A DNA stretch of 64,000 bases from the human T2T-CHM13v2.0 reference genome, Homo sapiens, in assembly GCF_009914755.1 (NCBI RefSeq), contig NC_060931.1; one strand, given 5' to 3'. Shown one piece after another: positions 12,211 to 25,890 of this stretch. The notes beneath the pieces are model-generated. The model saw only the letters and a list, made by a program, of their open reading frames with translations. It had not been told where the DNA came from and searched no databases. Both the position numbers and the translations under genes were made by a program. Positions within the stretch are counted from its first letter, which is position 1. Each line of letters opens with the position of its first letter.

Positions 12211-12713
12211 AACTACAACAGCCAAATCCAGGCAGGACTACAACTGGCCCAGACTCTTCAGAAATGAAAGTTTGGGTCACTCCACCAGGAAAAATACCAC
12301 AGACTGCTGAGGTGCTTGCTGAAGGCAAAGGGAATACAGAATGAGTAGCAGAAGAAGGTAGTCATCAATACCAGCTACGACCACGTGGCCAGCTGCAGAA
12401 AAGAAGACCGTAATTGTCATCAGTATTTCCTCCTTCTTTTGTTAAAAACATGTTTGTTTATGTATACACTTGTACTAAGAAAATGTCTTCATTTTATTTC
12501 CTTTTCCCTTTATCATGTGACATAAGATTTACTGACTTCATATCAGTATTTAAGTATTGTTAACTTTATGTAATAGTATTTGGTTTGGGGATTGGTGCAT
12601 TTCTGGTTGTACGAAGGATAGTTGTATTATGTTAGGCATAATTATGACCTTACTATTGTCTTTATTTTAAGATTATGTATCATCTCCGGAGATGTGTATG
12701 GGTTCAAGTTGAC

Positions 12714-12723
12714 AAGGGGTGGA
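12714..12723 (+). promoter_or_regulatory. Polypurine tract of HERV-L
   Basis: AAGGGGTGGA two bases before the TG of the 3' LTR. Confidence 0.75.
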
Positions 12724-12725
12724 TC

Positions 12726-13157
12726 TGTGATGGTTAATACCGAGTGTCAACTTGATTGGATGGAAGGATGCAAAGTATTGATGCTGGGTGTGTCTGTGAG
12801 GGTGTTGCCAAAGGAGATTAACATTTGAGTCAATGGGCTGGGAAAGGCAGAAACACCTTTCATCTCGGTGGGCACCATCTAATCAGCTGCCAGTGAGTCT
12901 AGAATATAAAGCAGTCAGAAAAACATGAAAAGACTAGAGTGGCCTAACCTCTCAGCCTACATCTTTCTCCTGTGATGGATGCTTCCTACCCTCGAACATC
13001 AGACTCCAAGTTTTTCAGTTTTGGGACTCGGACTGGCTCTCCTAGCTCCTCAGCTTGCAGATGGCCTATTGTGGGATCTTGTGATTGTGTGAGTTAATAA
13101 TAAACTCATATATATGGCCTATTAGTTCTGTCCCTCTAGAGAATCTTGACTAATATA
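12726..13157 (+). mobile_element. 3' LTR of HERV-L (MLT2A), 432 bp
   Basis: Direct repeat of 6890-7333. By-eye alignment gives about 37 substitutions in the first ~370 bp (~10%). The terminal CA has mutated to TA. Confidence 0.92.
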
Positions 13158-15845
13158 ATAACTTAACACCATATTGTTTAGAATAGAAAAAAAATTAATA
13201 TGTGCCTAAACATTCTTTTTAATATCACTTGAAACTTTACAGGCAATTATAATTATAATGTATGCTTATTCAAGTACATCCACTTTTCTATTCAAACTTT
13301 GACACGTAGGATACATGTGGGTTTCCTAATTAAATATAACATAAGTATTAATAATATACATCTATTTACCTAAAAACTGTAGAGATATCCACTAAATATA
13401 CCTTTAATATTTATTTTATCAGTATTTATGTTCAAACTTTTATCTATCTACTTGTACTTTAATTAAAGGGATGGTGGATTCTAAATTATAATGCCTACAT
13501 ATGAAGATGAAGATGATGGTATGGACGTCATCAATTGGTGGTACATATACTTTGAAGAGTTTTCGTGAAATTGGATGGACTTGTGTTGATTTGTAGTTTA
13601 ACTCTTGCGCATTCTCAATAATCAATAGTGTATATTTACAAGACACAGGGAGCTCTCGCCATGAAGAGCCATCTGGTCCAATGGGAAAATGCACTGATTC
13701 TTCTGCCTCATCATTCAGTTGCTATATTTAACTGTGGTAATCAACCATAGAGATGCTGGTCCATTTTAATGCAACAACTCATGTTCAATCTTCTTAATCC
13801 TACTGGCATATGTATGAAAATTGCATTTCCAGGAGACAATTACAGCTCAAAGCATCACAGTCAATTTGTCTGAGTTGAGGGGTCTGGGAAGAAGATCATC
13901 TGAGAGTGGTGGTAAAAGGGCTCTGTGAGTCAGCTCTGTTTTCCCTACAACAGAGAGGACCAAAATCCCATTGCTACTCAGTGTCATGTATTGATGCTAA
14001 CCATGAAGCAAGACTTTCTCTTTGATGAGGAAGATTTCACTTTTATACTTATGAGTTTATCAATGAAAGTCATGCAAAATAATGACTGACATCTTCTGTA
14101 ATTCCTCTCTTACAAAACTCTACATATTTCACTTCCTTTAGATACATTTCTTATTCTTCCTAATATTTTTTTCGTATTCATATGTATACATTATCCTCTT
14201 TTTCATACTTATTAAGCTCATATTGTATGTGCAGAGAAAGGATTAACAATCTCAGCTTTTTGTAGAGACTATGACTATTGGTTGACTGCCTCTAGTTAGT
14301 TACTCTGGTAACCTGATAAAAGAAGAATGACAACTTGTTACTAGATTATATTGTTTATGATAAAATATCTCCTGAGATAAATTGCACCTGCACTGGGGAC
14401 ACTGTGAACACCTGGTAAGCAGTCGCAGCTTTGGGCTTCTCTGCATGTGGCAACTCTTAGAACAGAGCTTGTCTCTTGTGGCAACCTTGGAGGCTATGAC
14501 TGTAGGATCACTTCAAGAGATGCAGCTCTTGTGGGAAATAAAGCTTTTAAGCCAGGAGAGCTCCTGGACCTACCTGATATGCAACTCATCTTGCATCTGA
14601 ACTGTGCTGCATGGACATCTAGGAGAATTTCAACCAGACGAGCAATGTGTGATACTACAATAACGACAAATTCCAGTTCCTGTTCTGTGTCCTTCTAAGC
14701 AGACTGATGACGGTGTGACTTATGGTAGACGTCTGAATCTTAAGAATTTGAATGTTTGGTAGAACCCAAAATGTAAAACTACTCACATTACCTTGTTTAA
14801 TACTCTCAATAATCTTCTTATCTGGAGATCACTATTAGTCCCATTCCATAGAATAGCAGCCTTCAAGAGGTTAGAAAACTTGGCAAAGTTCACACAGAGT
14901 AAGCAGTTGACTGGAATTCAAACTTGGATTTCCTAAAAGCAAGGCCCATTTTCTTAACCTCACTTCTCACAGTTTAAACTGGCTATAAATCTGTTTGTTA
15001 GAGCAACTGCTTTTTTAGCCAATGCCAAAGTTACTGATATATTGTGATCAACTGGTATCACTGTCTCAAAGACACAGGATTTGTACTATCTATGCACTTT
15101 GCAAATGTGCTGCTTGCCCAAAGGAGAACTTAGGAATTATGGAAAAGACAAACCAGATATATTTTTCTAATAAATGTTAACAATTTTCAACACAGGTATT
15201 AAATATGAGAAATTAATTGCATAAAGAAAAATATGATATTATATGATTATATAGTTTACATATATAATATACATGTATGTGTGTGCATATATGTGTGTGT
15301 GTATGTGTATATATGTAGTTTATCTTTTTATAATTTTTCAATACCCCAAACCTTTCAACAAATGTGTATTAAGTAACTCTACTTAATACTGGGCTTCAGA
15401 AGTACAAAGATAAGATTACAGCAATTAAGTTGGAAGCATGTAATTTTGCTAGGGGAGGTACAGAAAGTTACATAAAGTAGTAGGTTACTATGGTGAATTT
15501 CAAATTACGTATTAGAATTTGTCATGTTGAGATGAAGGTAATTAATGGAAATATCAGATAAATAGCCTTTTTTTGTTCGCTTATTGGTGGATGGGAGAAA
15601 ATGGATTTTTCCTTGGTCTCAATTTAGACAGTTTTGGGTGAGCAGTGAAAATAAGAATGGAAATTGAAGGCCTCGGTCTGATTCCAGGCTGTTATGTAAG
15701 TCTAGAATAAGACCTCCTGTGGGTGATAATGCCATTGAAACATGTGGCACAAAAAGAAGATGATATTTGTATTTTACGTAGATTCTGGTGGTGAGGTGGG
15801 AAAATGAATTATTACAATACAAGATTGAAGATAAGAAGATTCTCA

Positions 15846-17042
<1,197 letters not shown>

Positions 17043-17059
17043 AAGATTCTCAAGATGAT

Positions 17060-17260
17060 GATAACATTAGTATTTACAATAAACATATATTAGTGCTTAC
17101 TATGTGCCAGACACTGTTCTAATGTTTATGTATATAAAATGTATTGAATTATTAATCTGAGACTTCAGAACAATTTCATGAAGTAGGTATTATTATTATT
17201 GCAACTTAGTACTGATGAAGAAACTGAGTACAAGGAGGTTAAAGAGTTTTCCCAAGGTCT
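17060..17260. mobile_element. MIR SINE fragment
   Basis: gtgcttactatgtgccagacactgttcta and gatgaagaaactgagtacaaggaggttaaagagttttcccaaggtc resemble the MIR core. Confidence 0.65.
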
Positions 17261-18439
17261 TGCTTACGAAGCACTCAAACTGAGTGAGGTATTATGATGA
17301 ATACAGGCAATCCATCATTGAATGTCTACAAAGAACCGGGTACCGTGTTGAGTTTTACCTAGAATATCTCAGATAATCCTCAAAACTGCTTTGTAAAGCA
17401 GAGGTCCACTCTATCTATCCATGTATTTGTTTTTAATAGTTACTGCCAGGAACTATTCTCTAAATGCATCACTTTAAAAAAACATATTTTTAATAATTAA
17501 AGCTTTCTTTAACATCACAATTTTTAAAAAATGTTTCTTTTTTTCCCAGATTTAATGAGATATGATTTATTTTTACAGACAAGGAAATGAAATTTAAATG
17601 TTTTCTCCAAGTCATACAGCTAGAAATTAGCAGGCCTGGAATTCAAACTATTCAGATGTTTCTAACTTTGGCAATCTTGCGAATGACAATGCAGTTCTCT
17701 GAAATGCAGAACACAGAATGAGAAGCAAATTTCTGGCAGTTTATAAATGAGTTTAACATTAATTTCTTGACTTGATGTGGATATATCCAGCATATATCCA
17801 GTAGGCAGAAATGTTGAGCAGACAGATGCAGAAGTAAAGGCTGGAATTTATTTGAAAGCTCAGGATGGCATATATGCTTCTTAGAAATCACAAGCATATC
17901 AGAGTTCAAAGCCAAGGCCACAGGAGTAGATGAGCGCTCACACACTGGGACTCATGTTACTGCTGCATCATACACACATGGCCTTAAAGTGGACCTCGGT
18001 GGGACCATGAGGACTGTAATGTTCATTTCTTTCATTTTGAAAATGGGTAGGTTGTATGTCTTCACTGTAGTGGCATAACCTGAACTGTCACCTGTAAATC
18101 ATGTTTGAAAATGCTTTACTTAGAATTGACATATTTAAACTCTCTCCTTTATCCCTCCTCTCTCTATATGTACATGTATATATGTATATATGTATCTATC
18201 TATAGATATAGACACAGATATATGAAAAAACATTTTTTAAACTTTTCTTCCTAATATGGAAAAAAACAAATGATGGTTGCATTTTGGATGTCACCATAGG
18301 TCCACTGCTTCTAATCCAGGGAAAGTCATGAAAATGAGCCCAATAATTTCTCATCATTTTGCTGAAGTTTAACATCTGCAGTCTAGGGCACTGGAGTGGA
18401 AGTTGTTCCTACTGGCTTAGTCTAATCTAAAGTTTTGCT

Positions 18440-18580
18440 AATCAGAGCTGGGGCTGTGGACCAACACCATCAGCACTAACTGGGACCTTGTCAGACCCCC
18501 GCTCCATGCTACAAATCAGAATCTGATTTTAACAACATTCCCAGAAGATCCACATGCACAATAAAGTTTGAAAAACACTC
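18440..18580. mobile_element. hAT-Charlie MITE, MER5A-like
   Basis: ggaccaacaccatcagcactaactggga...aatcagaatctgattttaacaacattcccagaagatcc...aaagtttgaaaaacact. Confidence 0.7.
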
Positions 18581-18619
18581 AAGCACTCAAAAAATATAAG
18601 CCAGCTAACATTTACACTT

Positions 18620-19030
18620 AATCTTCATCAATGTAGCCCTACTTGTAACAGACAACAGAAATTCAGTATATCACACAGATAGAATTTATTACCACATATT
18701 AGGCAGTTTACCAATAATTGGATAGGCTGGAGGAAAAAGCCCTAAGCCAAGTTTCCAGAGCAACTTCCAGCCCTCAGAATTGCACTGCTGTTTCTCTAAA
18801 GCTTTTTCATAAAGCTATTTTCTGTGGCTACAGGAAGCTATGTTGCTGCTGGCACACACTGCCCCATGAAATGGGTACTCTGCCTCTCCCTACTGACCTC
18901 AGTTCAGAATCTAAGCCCAGCTCCAGAACATGTAATTGTTGGAATCTAAATCACATCCAGGCACCTGGCTGCAAGCAACTTTGGGAAATATCAATTTTAG
19001 TTTCCTGCCTTTGTAGTTCAGGAAGTCCCA
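18620..19030 (-). mobile_element. Old MaLR LTR (MLT1-family) fragment
   Basis: cttgtaacagacaacagaaa...aatttatt and aatctaaatcacat...ctggctgcaagcaactttgggaaat motifs of old MLT1 LTRs; highly diverged. Confidence 0.5.
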
Positions 19031-19037
19031 CTAGTGC

Positions 19038-19368
19038 AGTGCTAGTCAAAATGTGATCCATGAATGAAGGCAACTGTTTGTTGGGGTGTGCAATGAGCTA
19101 AGCACAGGAATTCAGAATAAATACTGAGGCAATTTTACAGCAATTTGAAATTGCTGTGGCATCCATGTGCATGATCAGTGGACTCAACTCGATGAACAGG
19201 GTATAGGCCAGTTTTGTTACTGTTGAATTCTACTTTGAGTGGCATGTGGCATGAGCTACATAATAGACATGCACAGTAAGACCATGTCACTGGAAGAGTA
19301 GGAAATCAAATGAAAACAAGCAACCAAAAATGTGACCCTTTGCCCCAGATAGCTTCAGAAGCTCTGCA
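19038..19368. mobile_element. hAT-Charlie-type MITE
   Basis: Ends cagtgctagtcaaaatgtg ... agcttcagaagctctg resemble CAGTG...CACTG Charlie TIRs. Confidence 0.45.
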
Positions 19369-19943
19369 CTGGTGGAGTTGGATGATTGATGAGCGCAACC
19401 TATGAATGGGACCCTCCTAAACCCAGTTCAATTCCTAGCCCCTTTATGAGGCTTATTGTACTGTGATAAGCTTGTATGACTTTTCATAAATATAAAGCAT
19501 TTTAGCACTTAAGAATATATTATCTGTAAACAAAAGCCATAGCAATATTTCATTTTTAGCCTCTGTAGAATGTCTCTAATAAGCACTTATAATATTCTTA
19601 TTGAGTTACAAAAATGTTTTCTTCCTGTAAAGATACAAATAAATTTAATAATACTTTTTTATATTAATGATATTACCTGACATCACTTGACAATATTAAC
19701 AAATTTCCCCAATATTTGTAATGTGAACAAACAATTTAGTGTTCAGAGTAGAGTAAAATATTCATTTTGTGTAAAGCAAAATATATTTGTAGGCTTGTAT
19801 ACTTTGTAATGACAGCATGGCCACAGATTTATTTAATTAGATAATTTGTCCCAAGAATGAAAATGGCTGTTCAAATACTGGCCTTCAAAATATAAGAGTA
19901 ATGGGACTTAAACCACATGCAAACTGTTACTGTAACTCTTTTG

Positions 19944-20009
19944 ACATATGTAACAAACCTGCATGTTGTGCACATGTACCCTAGAACTTAAAGTATAATA
20001 ATAAAAAAA
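19944..20009 (+). mobile_element. Very short L1PA 3' end
   Basis: acatatgtaacaaacctgcatgttgtgcacatgtaccctagaacttaaagtataat plus A-tail; homologous to 16966-17030. Confidence 0.85.
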
Positions 20010-23000
20010 TATATATATAAAAGAAAAAGGAAATGAGAAGCTTTTCAAGGTAGATGCATTTTTCACATATGCTAAGACAGCCATCAGCCGATTGACAGGT
20101 CTGTAGTCCCAACTCTTATGCTTTCATGTAAAAAGATTATATTTAAAATTATACTCAGATTTAGTACTAGAATATAACGCTAGTAGGAAATATATATGTT
20201 TTCCGACAAATCTATTGTTTGCTTTTTCAATACTAATGAATGGGGTAGGAGGATTTCTCAGTGTTTCTGAGACCGTTACTTATAGCAAGACAGAGGACGA
20301 TGACTGCTGTGCTCATAGTCAAGAGATTTAAGATATTCCTAAACTGCCGCCCTTGAATTACATGACCCTGAGTAGATAGTGATCATTCTGTCCCACAGTT
20401 TTTCCATATGGTGAAATGATATTTTACTAAAAGATCAGTAATGCCCCTTTCTTCAATAAAATTGTTCAACATTTTAAGTTTTTATAACTTAACCTCAGTT
20501 CTGATTGTCTTGTGTTTTCAGATTGAACCTTTAAAAAAAAAAGACTTTTCCACCTTTAACTATGTTCAAGTCACACTTCTTTCTTGAATACAAAATTAAA
20601 TTTCTTATAATTATTTATTTATTTATTCATTTATCAATTCAAATGAGTGTTTTACAAATTCCCTGAATGAATTTTACTCTCTAAGTGTGCCCATTCCTTC
20701 ATGGAATTCAGCAAGTTAGAAGCAATAATTCTGTTGGAGGCAAAATGCACTCATGTTAAAGCCATTTTCCTTGTAAAAACAGAGGTCTTTTCCCTTGCTT
20801 TGATATTTGAAAATCTTTTGTTGAGCTGCTGGGGAACATTGCCAAACGGTGTCACCTGCCAGCTGGAGTGATCATATGCTCCCTATGAAAGCTGAGGGCC
20901 ATGTTGCTGGTCAGCAGCTGAATGTGAGGATATCAGCATGGCACATATTTAGTAATGGGATAAACTGCTACGGTAATGAGGCCTCCCTGAAAGAGCCAGT
21001 ACATAGATTTTCTATCCTTTCACACAGTGAATGCTTGCATGCAGCTGCTTACTTATCACCCATGCTGTTCCAGGCAGTGAACCATGGTGAAAATTCAGGA
21101 CACAAACCCAAGCCCACCTCAAGTGAAAACTCTAGGTGGGTTTATGAGACTGAGTAAATACTACCTACCACACTTCAAAAATGATGCTAAGTGGCATGAT
21201 TGATTTTCCTAATTTGTTTCATCAAAGCTATTTTTTAGCATTATGGAATTTTTGCCTGTTAAGAGGCCTGTTTTTAAAACTTAAACAAGAAGATTAGGAA
21301 AGGTAACCAAAAGATGTTTTAGATATCAATAACTTAAAAGGAGAATTACCAAGTACCAATTTAAAAATTGATTAACTGTTACATACTCCTGTGAAAAATG
21401 AGAGGGAGAGAGAAACTAACACTAACATATCTGCAATTAAAGGATAGAGGTTAAAGGCAAGAACCTCTTGCCAAGCACTCCTGTTGACTAGAACATTGGG
21501 TTACATTAACGTTCACCTGACCTGACCATTCCCCATTGCTTGGACAACCTGGAGGTCCCAGTGATTACTCTGTAAAAATTCATATAGAACCTAATCATAA
21601 AATGTAATTTATAATTCGTAAAAATATAAGAAAAAGCAATGCAGTTATCATAAAATAATGCCATTCTTTCCTGCTCCTGTTATTCAAATTCCAGGCTATT
21701 TCTCTGGTCTCCTCTTTTTTTCTAAACTTTCATTCCCTTAGATGAACATCCACAACCATGACTTCCACTAAAATAACTACAGAAGTGATTCCTATTTTTA
21801 TTTTAAATCCAATATAATGGTTCCCAAACAGAATTCGCCATCTTCCCCTCAAAATGTCTTGCTGCACATGTTTCCTATTTCTCCCGATTCTTCACTGTCA
21901 ATTCTCCTGTATGTAATTTGCAACAAGTTCTTACAAATCCCTATACAGAACATTTTCAAATCATCTGGTGATCTCCATTTCCAATTTTATAGCTCCAAAC
22001 CAAGTATTCTATGTGTCATCACAGGTTTATGAGGATAAACTGCCGTTGTTCTCTAATTTGCCCTTGAATATCCCATCTCACATTGCTCTGCCAGAATGAA
22101 GTTTCTGACAAATTTATATTAATCCTGCTCAAGAACCTACACTGTCTGGCTCAGAGTCAACTTCACCCAGTGGGAGCCCTTCCTTCTGAATTTCAGGGTT
22201 CTTTACAGCTTCCCCAGCTTCTCACAAAGAATAAAACATGGCATGCTGAGAACATCATTATCTTTACAGCTCCTGGATCCCTCCCTTTCCCTTTCACTAT
22301 ATAAATCTTTAAAAAGCCTGCCCCGGCCCATGAAACCTTCATGGGACACAATGTAATAAAAGAAAATCTAAAACATTAAATTTGAATTAGCAAATGAGAC
22401 ACCCAGAACTGGGAGGACCCACTTTAACAGTAATCTGTTTGACAAGAGGCAGAGCTGTTCCATGGGAACAGAGGATTACTGAGGCTGACAAAGAGTAGTG
22501 AACTGGTTTATTTCAGATAGAACTGGGGGCAATTCTGCTTCACATGAAAGAATTCCTAAATATTATTGTTGCCCAACATAAGAAGAGCTGCCTAAAAAGA
22601 AATGAGATACGGAAGAACTGAAGCAGGGTTTAGGTGAATATTCATTAGGATCCTGTATTGTGACCACAGGCAGGGAGGTGGAAGGGACTTTAGTAAGCAG
22701 TACTCCTAGATACTCATCACAGATCATGCAGAGAAGCTTATTCAATCTGTTTAAAAACATATTGGTGTGTGTGGGGTTATTAATATTCAGTTTTATTGAA
22801 TCAAATGTTATGCTGCTAAAATCATTTTTTTTAATCACTGGAAGAAAAAGAAACAATTGGCCTGGAGAGAGTAAAAAGACCTGCATATCTGTCCTTTGTT
22901 AAATGATCTTGAGAAAATCACTGACCATCTCTACATCTCTAAATTAGGGAGAGAAGCATTTCCATTTTCCATTTTATAACATGGTTGTGAAAATTATGTG

Positions 23001-24776
23001 ACATAAAACAACTAACATAAAAACAACTCGAAAATGGTTAATGCCTACAAATGTTTGATATGAAGATGATAGCAAGATTGAGATAAGAAAATATAAATAT
23101 TTTAAGATATTAATAACTTTTTTAGTAGTAACTTTCCTCTCTGGAAGCCACCTAAAACTGTGAACCTAAAACTGTTATTTCCCCTGACATAGAAAACGAC
23201 ACTTGATTATATACTGACTCTTGTTCCTCTGTAATTTTTGCATGTGTAATGCTATTTAGTCCCCTATCAGACTTTCACTCCCCCAAATTGGAGCTTTGTC
23301 TTACTTATTCACTTGTTTATTTTGCCTCAATACTGGGCAAGAAAGATACAATGTACATTCATTTGATAAGCATGATGTAGATAACCAAACAGGAAGAAAA
23401 TACCAATGTTGTAGGTAAAGTTAGTAAAGAGTATTTTATGTGTAATAAAACGAGAGAAGCAGCTTACAGTTGATGAGATAGAGTTCCTGAGAACTAGTAT
23501 TTTAAAAGATCCTACCCACTACTCAATAACTCCTTAATAAATGCTTGAAATATGTAGAATGTAGGATGAACACAATTTGCCCAGTTCTTTCTGCACTCAG
23601 AGAAATGGGAATGCTAAATCATTTAAAAGAAGATAATTCTATTTACTATTCTATAATGTATTCTCAAAGGCTTCAAAGGCTCAAGGAAGAAACAAAGAAA
23701 CTCAGAAATAGGTCTTAAAAAACCAACATCTTTAGATAAATTGCAACAAATAGGAAAAATGAAAACTCATTACAACTATATGGAATTTCTGCTAGAATAT
23801 TTGTTCAACTTAATGGAAAAGTGCCCATTGTTGGCTATATTTTTATCTCATTACACTTTTCACTATGTTCCAAGATGTGTACTTCACAAACTGAAAGCTA
23901 TTTCTCTTTAATGGTAGAAATCTCTTTTGTTGAATTTACAAGGAAGAGGATGCCGAAGGGATATTAACACAAAGAACAGCCAGATTCTCTATTTAAATGC
24001 CTGTTTGACACGCTATAAGACAAGCATGAGTTCAAGTTATAAATTAAAGTATAAATGGGAAATAACCACAGATGTTAAGGGACCTTGCTTCAACCTCTAT
24101 TTTACATATTTGTCAATACTATGATAATCTGGAAATTTTTTTTAAGTTAAAATACAGTTTTCTTTTATATATCTCAAGTGTTAGAGAAGATCTAACTTAA
24201 TCAATATTTAATGTGCAATAAAATAAATGAATCCAATTATTTTAGAAGAGGGAAGCAATGTATTAAGTATATGCAGATGACACTTTTACATATATGGATT
24301 TTCATTTTGGGAAGGGAAGATCTATTACAATGTATTTTTAAATCATTATTAAATCAGCTACATATTTTATGATAACTGCTTAATAAGGCTATTCTTCAGA
24401 GTGTACTAATTCTAATATTAATGGATAATTGTGTACTAAGGCAAGAGATCTAGTATATTACTTGTGAAAATAATTATATTAAATGTTTACAAAGTAATAA
24501 ATATTAATGGTCAATTTTGTTAATATTAATAATACCTATCATCATTGATTTAATGGTTTGTTAGGCATTAAACATCATTATTTGTCCAGAAAAGCTACTA
24601 TGAATACTGTACTTATACTCATGCATTCATATTTTAAATTTATAAATTTAATAATATTATAATTTACTAGGCTTTAAACTTTTTATAAAACTAAGTAATA
24701 TATGAAAACACAGGAGTGTTTTGAAGGTTGTAGGTTAATCCAGAATGCATTGCTACAACTAGCCATAAAGTACCAT

Positions 24777-24780
<4 letters not shown>

Positions 24781-24825
<45 letters not shown>

Positions 24826-24832
24826 TCATCTG

Positions 24833-24875
<43 letters not shown>

Positions 24876-24883
24876 GTCTATCT
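24781..24883. repeat. Compound microsatellite (CA)21-CTAT-CAT-CTGT-(CTAT)10-CTGT-CTAT
   Basis: Read directly: CA repeat 24781-24822, (CTAT)10 at 24834-24873. Confidence 0.97.
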
Positions 24884-25489
24884 TTCCTGCTCCCCTGAAA
24901 GATATGGTAACTGAGACCCAGAAATATCAAGTAATAGTCCAAACTCATAGAATTGCTGCTACTGGCCCTCTAGCTTTCTAATTGCTGCCATATGGAGCTC
25001 TCTGAGAAGGCTTGAGCCCTTCATGACATTGCCCCCAACTCCAAACTATTATATCCTGAATTACATAAGGAAAAGAGTCCAGATTCTGGCTTCTGGGATT
25101 CCGTGTCCCTCCAAAGGTTCTACTGAATCGCACCCATGATGACCCCATGCTGTTCTCCCTCTCCATAGCACGGCCTAACTGATTCTGACAGTCATGACTG
25201 ACCGTGACAGTGTAGGGCCCATGCTGCAGGCATCCCAGGGCACAGCAAGCTCGACTGACACCACCACCACCAAAGTAATCATCCCAGCTCTCACTCTCTA
25301 GGTTCCCAGAACTCAGGAGATGAAGAGGTCTCATGGAAAGTCTCCTCATTAGGTACAAATAAAGAATGCAGAAACAGTTCTCGTCAAAGAAGTCATGTCA
25401 CACATCCTTTCTCAGTGTTTTGCCTCCTTTTTATATTCTTGAAGTAGGTATGACAGTCAAAATCTGTCACACATGTGACCAGATACTTA

Positions 25490-25890
25490 CTTGTGAATAT
25501 ATATGTGTTTCCTTGAGACACATTGCAAATCTTCAAAAGTAAACATTCTTAGACATTAATATTTGTTTAAATTCATGTATACAAATTACTGAGAAAGTAT
25601 CAGAAGCGATGTTATTGAGTCAGACATTTTAATATAGTATATTTTAACAGTATTACCAGATCATCTTCCAACATGACAATCGTAATTTATATTCTGATAA
25701 GCAGTGTATGAGTCTCATTTCATCATATCCTAACCAAAACCTAATGCTATCAAACTTTTATAGATATATTTTTAAAACTGGAAGGATGATAAGTGGTTAA
25801 CTCTTAGTTGCCTTACTTTGCATTTCTCTGATTATTAGTGAGGATGAATATCTTATTATAAACCTGTTGACCTTTTGTATTTCCTCTTTG
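25490..25890 (-). mobile_element. Old L1 (L1M) fragment
   Basis: gcagtgtatgagtctcatttc...ttgcatttctctgattattagtgaggatgaatatctt is the reverse complement of an L1 ORF2 3' region. Confidence 0.65.

Larger units (their letters stand above)
6890..13157 (+). mobile_element. HERV-L (ERVL) provirus with both LTRs: gag-pro-pol-dUTPase, no env, decayed; antisense to THSD7A
   Basis: Direct LTRs, PBS, PPT, protease LLDTGS (LDTG at 9271-9282), RT YIDD (10047-10058), RNase H, integrase HHCC and dUTPase-like ORF. Only a degenerate 5-bp TSD (gtaag 6885-6889 vs ataac 13158-13162). Confidence 0.96.

Noticed and set aside
13440-13720. 84-90-aa minus-strand ORF as an extra THSD7A exon
   Set aside because: No TSR-like Cys/Trp pattern, poor polypyrimidine tract, no clear donor, and exons 2 and 3 already join in frame.
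14380-14700. Two overlapping plus-strand ORFs with a CTG|GTAAGC donor-like site
   Set aside because: No homology recognised and no matching acceptor or start context.
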